Positions 31,986 through 34,565 of a stretch of 34,565 nucleotides of DNA are shown in pieces (position 1 is the first letter of the stretch; the number at the start of each line of letters is the position of its first letter). The DNA comes from a virus (taxonomy: Duplodnaviria; Heunggongvirae; Uroviricota; Caudoviricetes). The notes below the pieces were generated by a model. It did not search any database. It saw only the letters and a program-made list of their open reading frames with translations, and was not told the origin of the DNA. The stretch is from the IMG/VR virus record IMGVR_UViG_2896595138_000002, positions 1-34,565 of that record; one strand, given 5' to 3'. Position numbers and translations under genes: made by a program.

Positions 31986-33250
31986 TGAGGTAGCCTGAGT
32001 TTAACGGACACTCCTTCCTGAAATAGAATGGCATCAGAAGGAGCTAATAATGAGCAGAAAAACCCAACGTTACTCTAAAGAGTTCAAAGCCGAAGCTGTC
32101 AGAACGGTTCCTGAAAATCAACTTTCGATCAGTGAAGGCGCTTCCCGATTATCCCTTCCTGAAGGCACTTTAGGACAATGGGTTACCGCCGCCAGAAAAG
32201 GGCTCGGTACTCCTGGTTCCCGCACGGTGGCTGAACTGGAATCTGAAATTCTGCAACTGCGTAAGGCGTTAAATGAAGCTCGCTTTGAGCGAGATATATT
32301 AAAAAAAAGCAACAGCGTATTTTGCACAGGAGTCGCTGAAAAATACGCGTTAATCGAACAATGGCGACAACAATTTCCCATTGAAGCGATGTGTCAGGTA
32401 TTTGGTGTATCCAGGAGCGGTTATTACAACCGGGTACAGCATGAACCCTCAGACAGAAAACAAAGTGATGAGCGGCTAAAACTGGAGATTAAGGTGGCAC
32501 ATATCCGCACTCGCGAAACATATGGAACCCGGCGGCTCCAGACGGAGCTGGCAGAGAATGGCATCATCGTTGGTCGTGACCGACTGGCACGTCTTCGTAA
32601 GGAGCTAAGGCTACGCTGTAAGCAGAAACGCAAGTTCAGAGCGACTACGAACCCGAACCACAATCTGCCAGTTGCGCCAAATCTGCTGAACCAGACGTTC
32701 GCTCCTACAGCACCAAATCAGGTCTGGGTGGCGGACCTGACGTATGTTGCCACACAGGAGGGATGGTTGTACCTCGCTGGCATCAAAGATGTTTATACGT
32801 GCGAAATTGTCGGCTACGCCATGGGAGAGCGCATGACAAAAGAGCTGACAGGTAAAGCCCTGTTTATGGCGCTCAGGAGCCAGCGCCCACCTGCCGGGCT
32901 AATCCACCACTCTGATCGAGGTTCACAGTACTGCGCATACGATTACCGGGTCATACAGGAGCAGTTTGGTCTGAAAACATTAATGTCGCGTAAAGGTAAC
33001 TGTTACGACAACGCTCCGATGGAAAGCTTCTGGGGAACGCTGAAAAATGAGAGCCTGAGCCACTATCGTTTTAATAACCGGGATGAAGCCATCTCAGTAA
33101 TACGGGAATACATTGAGATTTTCTACAATCGTCAGCGTCGTCACTCTCGTCTGGGGAATATCTCCCCGGCAGCCTTCAGGGAAAAATATCATCAGATGGC
33201 TGCTTAAAAAAAGAACAAATGGTAGTGTCCGCTATTGCCAGTACACCTCA
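31986..33250 (+). mobile_element. IS600 copy 4, complete, no target-site duplication
   Basis: Both termini present; flanks AGA / TCA differ; 1265 bp. Confidence 0.9.
32050..33207 (+). CDS. IS600 fused OrfAB transposase (385 aa)
   Basis: A8 run at 32301..32308, as in copy 2. Confidence 0.85.
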   Translation: MSRKTQRYSKEFKAEAVRTVPENQLSISEGASRLSLPEGTLGQWVTAARKGLGTPGSRTVAELESEILQLRKALNEARFERDILKKSNSVFCTGVAEKYALIEQWRQQFPIEAMCQVFGVSRSGYYNRVQHEPSDRKQSDERLKLEIKVAHIRTRETYGTRRLQTELAENGIIVGRDRLARLRKELRLRCKQKRKFRATTNPNHNLPVAPNLLNQTFAPTAPNQVWVADLTYVATQEGWLYLAGIKDVYTCEIVGYAMGERMTKELTGKALFMALRSQRPPAGLIHHSDRGSQYCAYDYRVIQEQFGLKTLMSRKGNCYDNAPMESFWGTLKNESLSHYRFNNRDEAISVIREYIEIFYNRQRRHSRLGNISPAAFREKYHQMAA

Positions 33251-33531
33251 TCATGCTGTACAGTATCTGGTTTTTGTCGTTCTCCCCCAGTTCAAACCAG
33301 GTCACCACACCTTTCACCCGCCGCTGTACGTCATCGCCCTGCCATACCGTCAGGTATGGCCATTTTGTCCAGCACCTGCGCAAATTCAAGGGAAAGAAAC
33401 TGCTGACTGACCAGAGAAAGGTCGAGGGAAAAAAGTGAAGAGAGTGACTGGGTGAGATGAAAGGAAACCACCGCAAAAGCATCCGGTGGCAGGCCGTCCA
33501 CTTCCAGTGTGAAACGTAATCCGGTTGACAT
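33251..33531 (-). pseudogene. vgrG: VgrG (type VI secretion spike) N-terminal fragment, frameshifted and truncated by IS600
   Basis: MSTGLRFTLEVDGLPPDAFAVVSFHLTQSLSSLFSLDLSLVSQQFLSLEFAQVLDKMA then YLTVWQGDDVQRRVKGVVTWFELGENDKNQILYSM in the other frame; GGAGG SD before ATG at 33531; homology stops at the IS600 boundary. Confidence 0.7.
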
Positions 33532-34565
33532 AGCAACCTCCGTGAAAATGAATAATAATCCGCACATATTGCATGTACAACATGTCGGGCGGATGAGATA
33601 AGCGAGTCGACATCTGGCGTTACCGGGGAATATCAGAAAAATGTCATGGTTATGTGATGATTTAGTCTGGGATTTTACTTCAGAGAAACGGGTGTCTGTT
33701 TAGTCAACAAAATAATCACAAACGCAACGGATGGGTTCTCGACGTTATTCACGACAGGCTCGTACATTACAGCGAGTAATAAAAAACCTGATATGCAAAG
33801 TCAAACCAATATTCATAATGTCTTTTTATTCACAACAATAAATAATTCAATAACAATCATTGAAATGAATGATGGTTTGTATAAGGAATATACGCTACCG
33901 CCCCACTCTGATAACATGATCTGCACATTGCCATCTTAACGTCGTTAAACACTGGCTTAATAGTGGATATTTCAAATTAGGAATTTATTAAATTCACCTG
34001 ATGAATATAATAAGCAAATAGCATAGAAAATAATGACAACTCCCTCCGAGAGGACCATTTCCAAAGCACTGCACCACCACCTGGTGCCCGGATGATCTTG
34101 CTTCAGTGGTAAGAGTACCTGATTCATTGTTCCCAAAATGGTGTTTTCCCCTGCCCCTCCAATAATGTGTAGCTCTCACTTGATAATCTATTGATTAGGT
34201 TATATTAAGAATCAATATTTAAAATACATCCATTTCCTTGAATAAATCAACATGTTTATTTATCAATTGCTGTTTTAGCTCTGACTCATCAAGCTCTCCA
34301 TATTTGTACTACAGATAATCGCGAATAAATACAGAGAACGCCATTTATCCTTTTAGCATACCTGCCGGATATTTTTATTTGTATTAATATTAATTGCATC
34401 TCCAAGTCCGAGCATATCCATCATTAAAAACATTTTGAGATTATAGAATACCTGTGATAACAAGAGAAACATCTGCACAATGTGAATAGTTAGTTTCTTT
34501 TCAGAGGAAATGAAATAGACAAGCTGAATGAAAGGGAGAGTGATATAAATTAAAAAACATAACAT

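Noticed and set aside
33113-33536. ORFs 33113..33406 (+) and 33204..33536 (-) spanning the IS600 right end
   Set aside because: Both read across the IS600/flank boundary; the minus one is the vgrG fragment running into IS sequence, the plus one is read-out from the IS end.
33994-34565. Small minus-strand ORFs (61 and 70 aa) in the terminal AT-rich region
   Set aside because: No RBS, low-complexity AT-driven codons, the second is cut by the window edge; treated as non-coding upstream region of vgrG.

Overview
Enterobacterial (Shigella/E. coli-like) chromosomal segment carrying a decayed lambda/Qin-like prophage in reverse orientation, broken up by four IS600 copies and one IS10-like fragment. 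All protein and family identifications are from recalled homology read off the six-frame track, not from a database search. Left edge: host ydfI-like dehydrogenase and a ydfJ-like MFS remnant. Then, on the minus strand, a lambda-like morphogenesis arm (J', I, K, an H'-'L fusion, T/G, V, U, Z, FII, FI, E, D, C, B', W, A, Nu1) ending at a lambda-type cos site, followed by small cold-shock-type genes (gnsB-like, cspI-like) and an Rz/Rz1-endolysin-holin lysis cassette. Beyond IS600 copy 3 lies a plus-strand block (relB-relE-hokD-rem, DUF968-like HNH protein, frameshifted rusA, Q antiterminator, tRNA-Ile2(CAU), tRNA-Arg(UCU), an unknown cargo ORF) that is inverted relative to the lysis genes. The window ends with IS600 copy 4 abutting a truncated vgrG N-terminus. 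Many phage genes are frameshifted, mostly by single-base changes in homopolymer runs, so either genuine decay or homopolymer sequencing error must be considered. The most likely places for something undescribed are the two unknown ORFs inside the lysis cassette, the AT-rich Cys-rich ORF at 25098..25433, and the IS600-truncated ORF in the Q/tRNA moron slot; none could be assigned a function from sequence alone.
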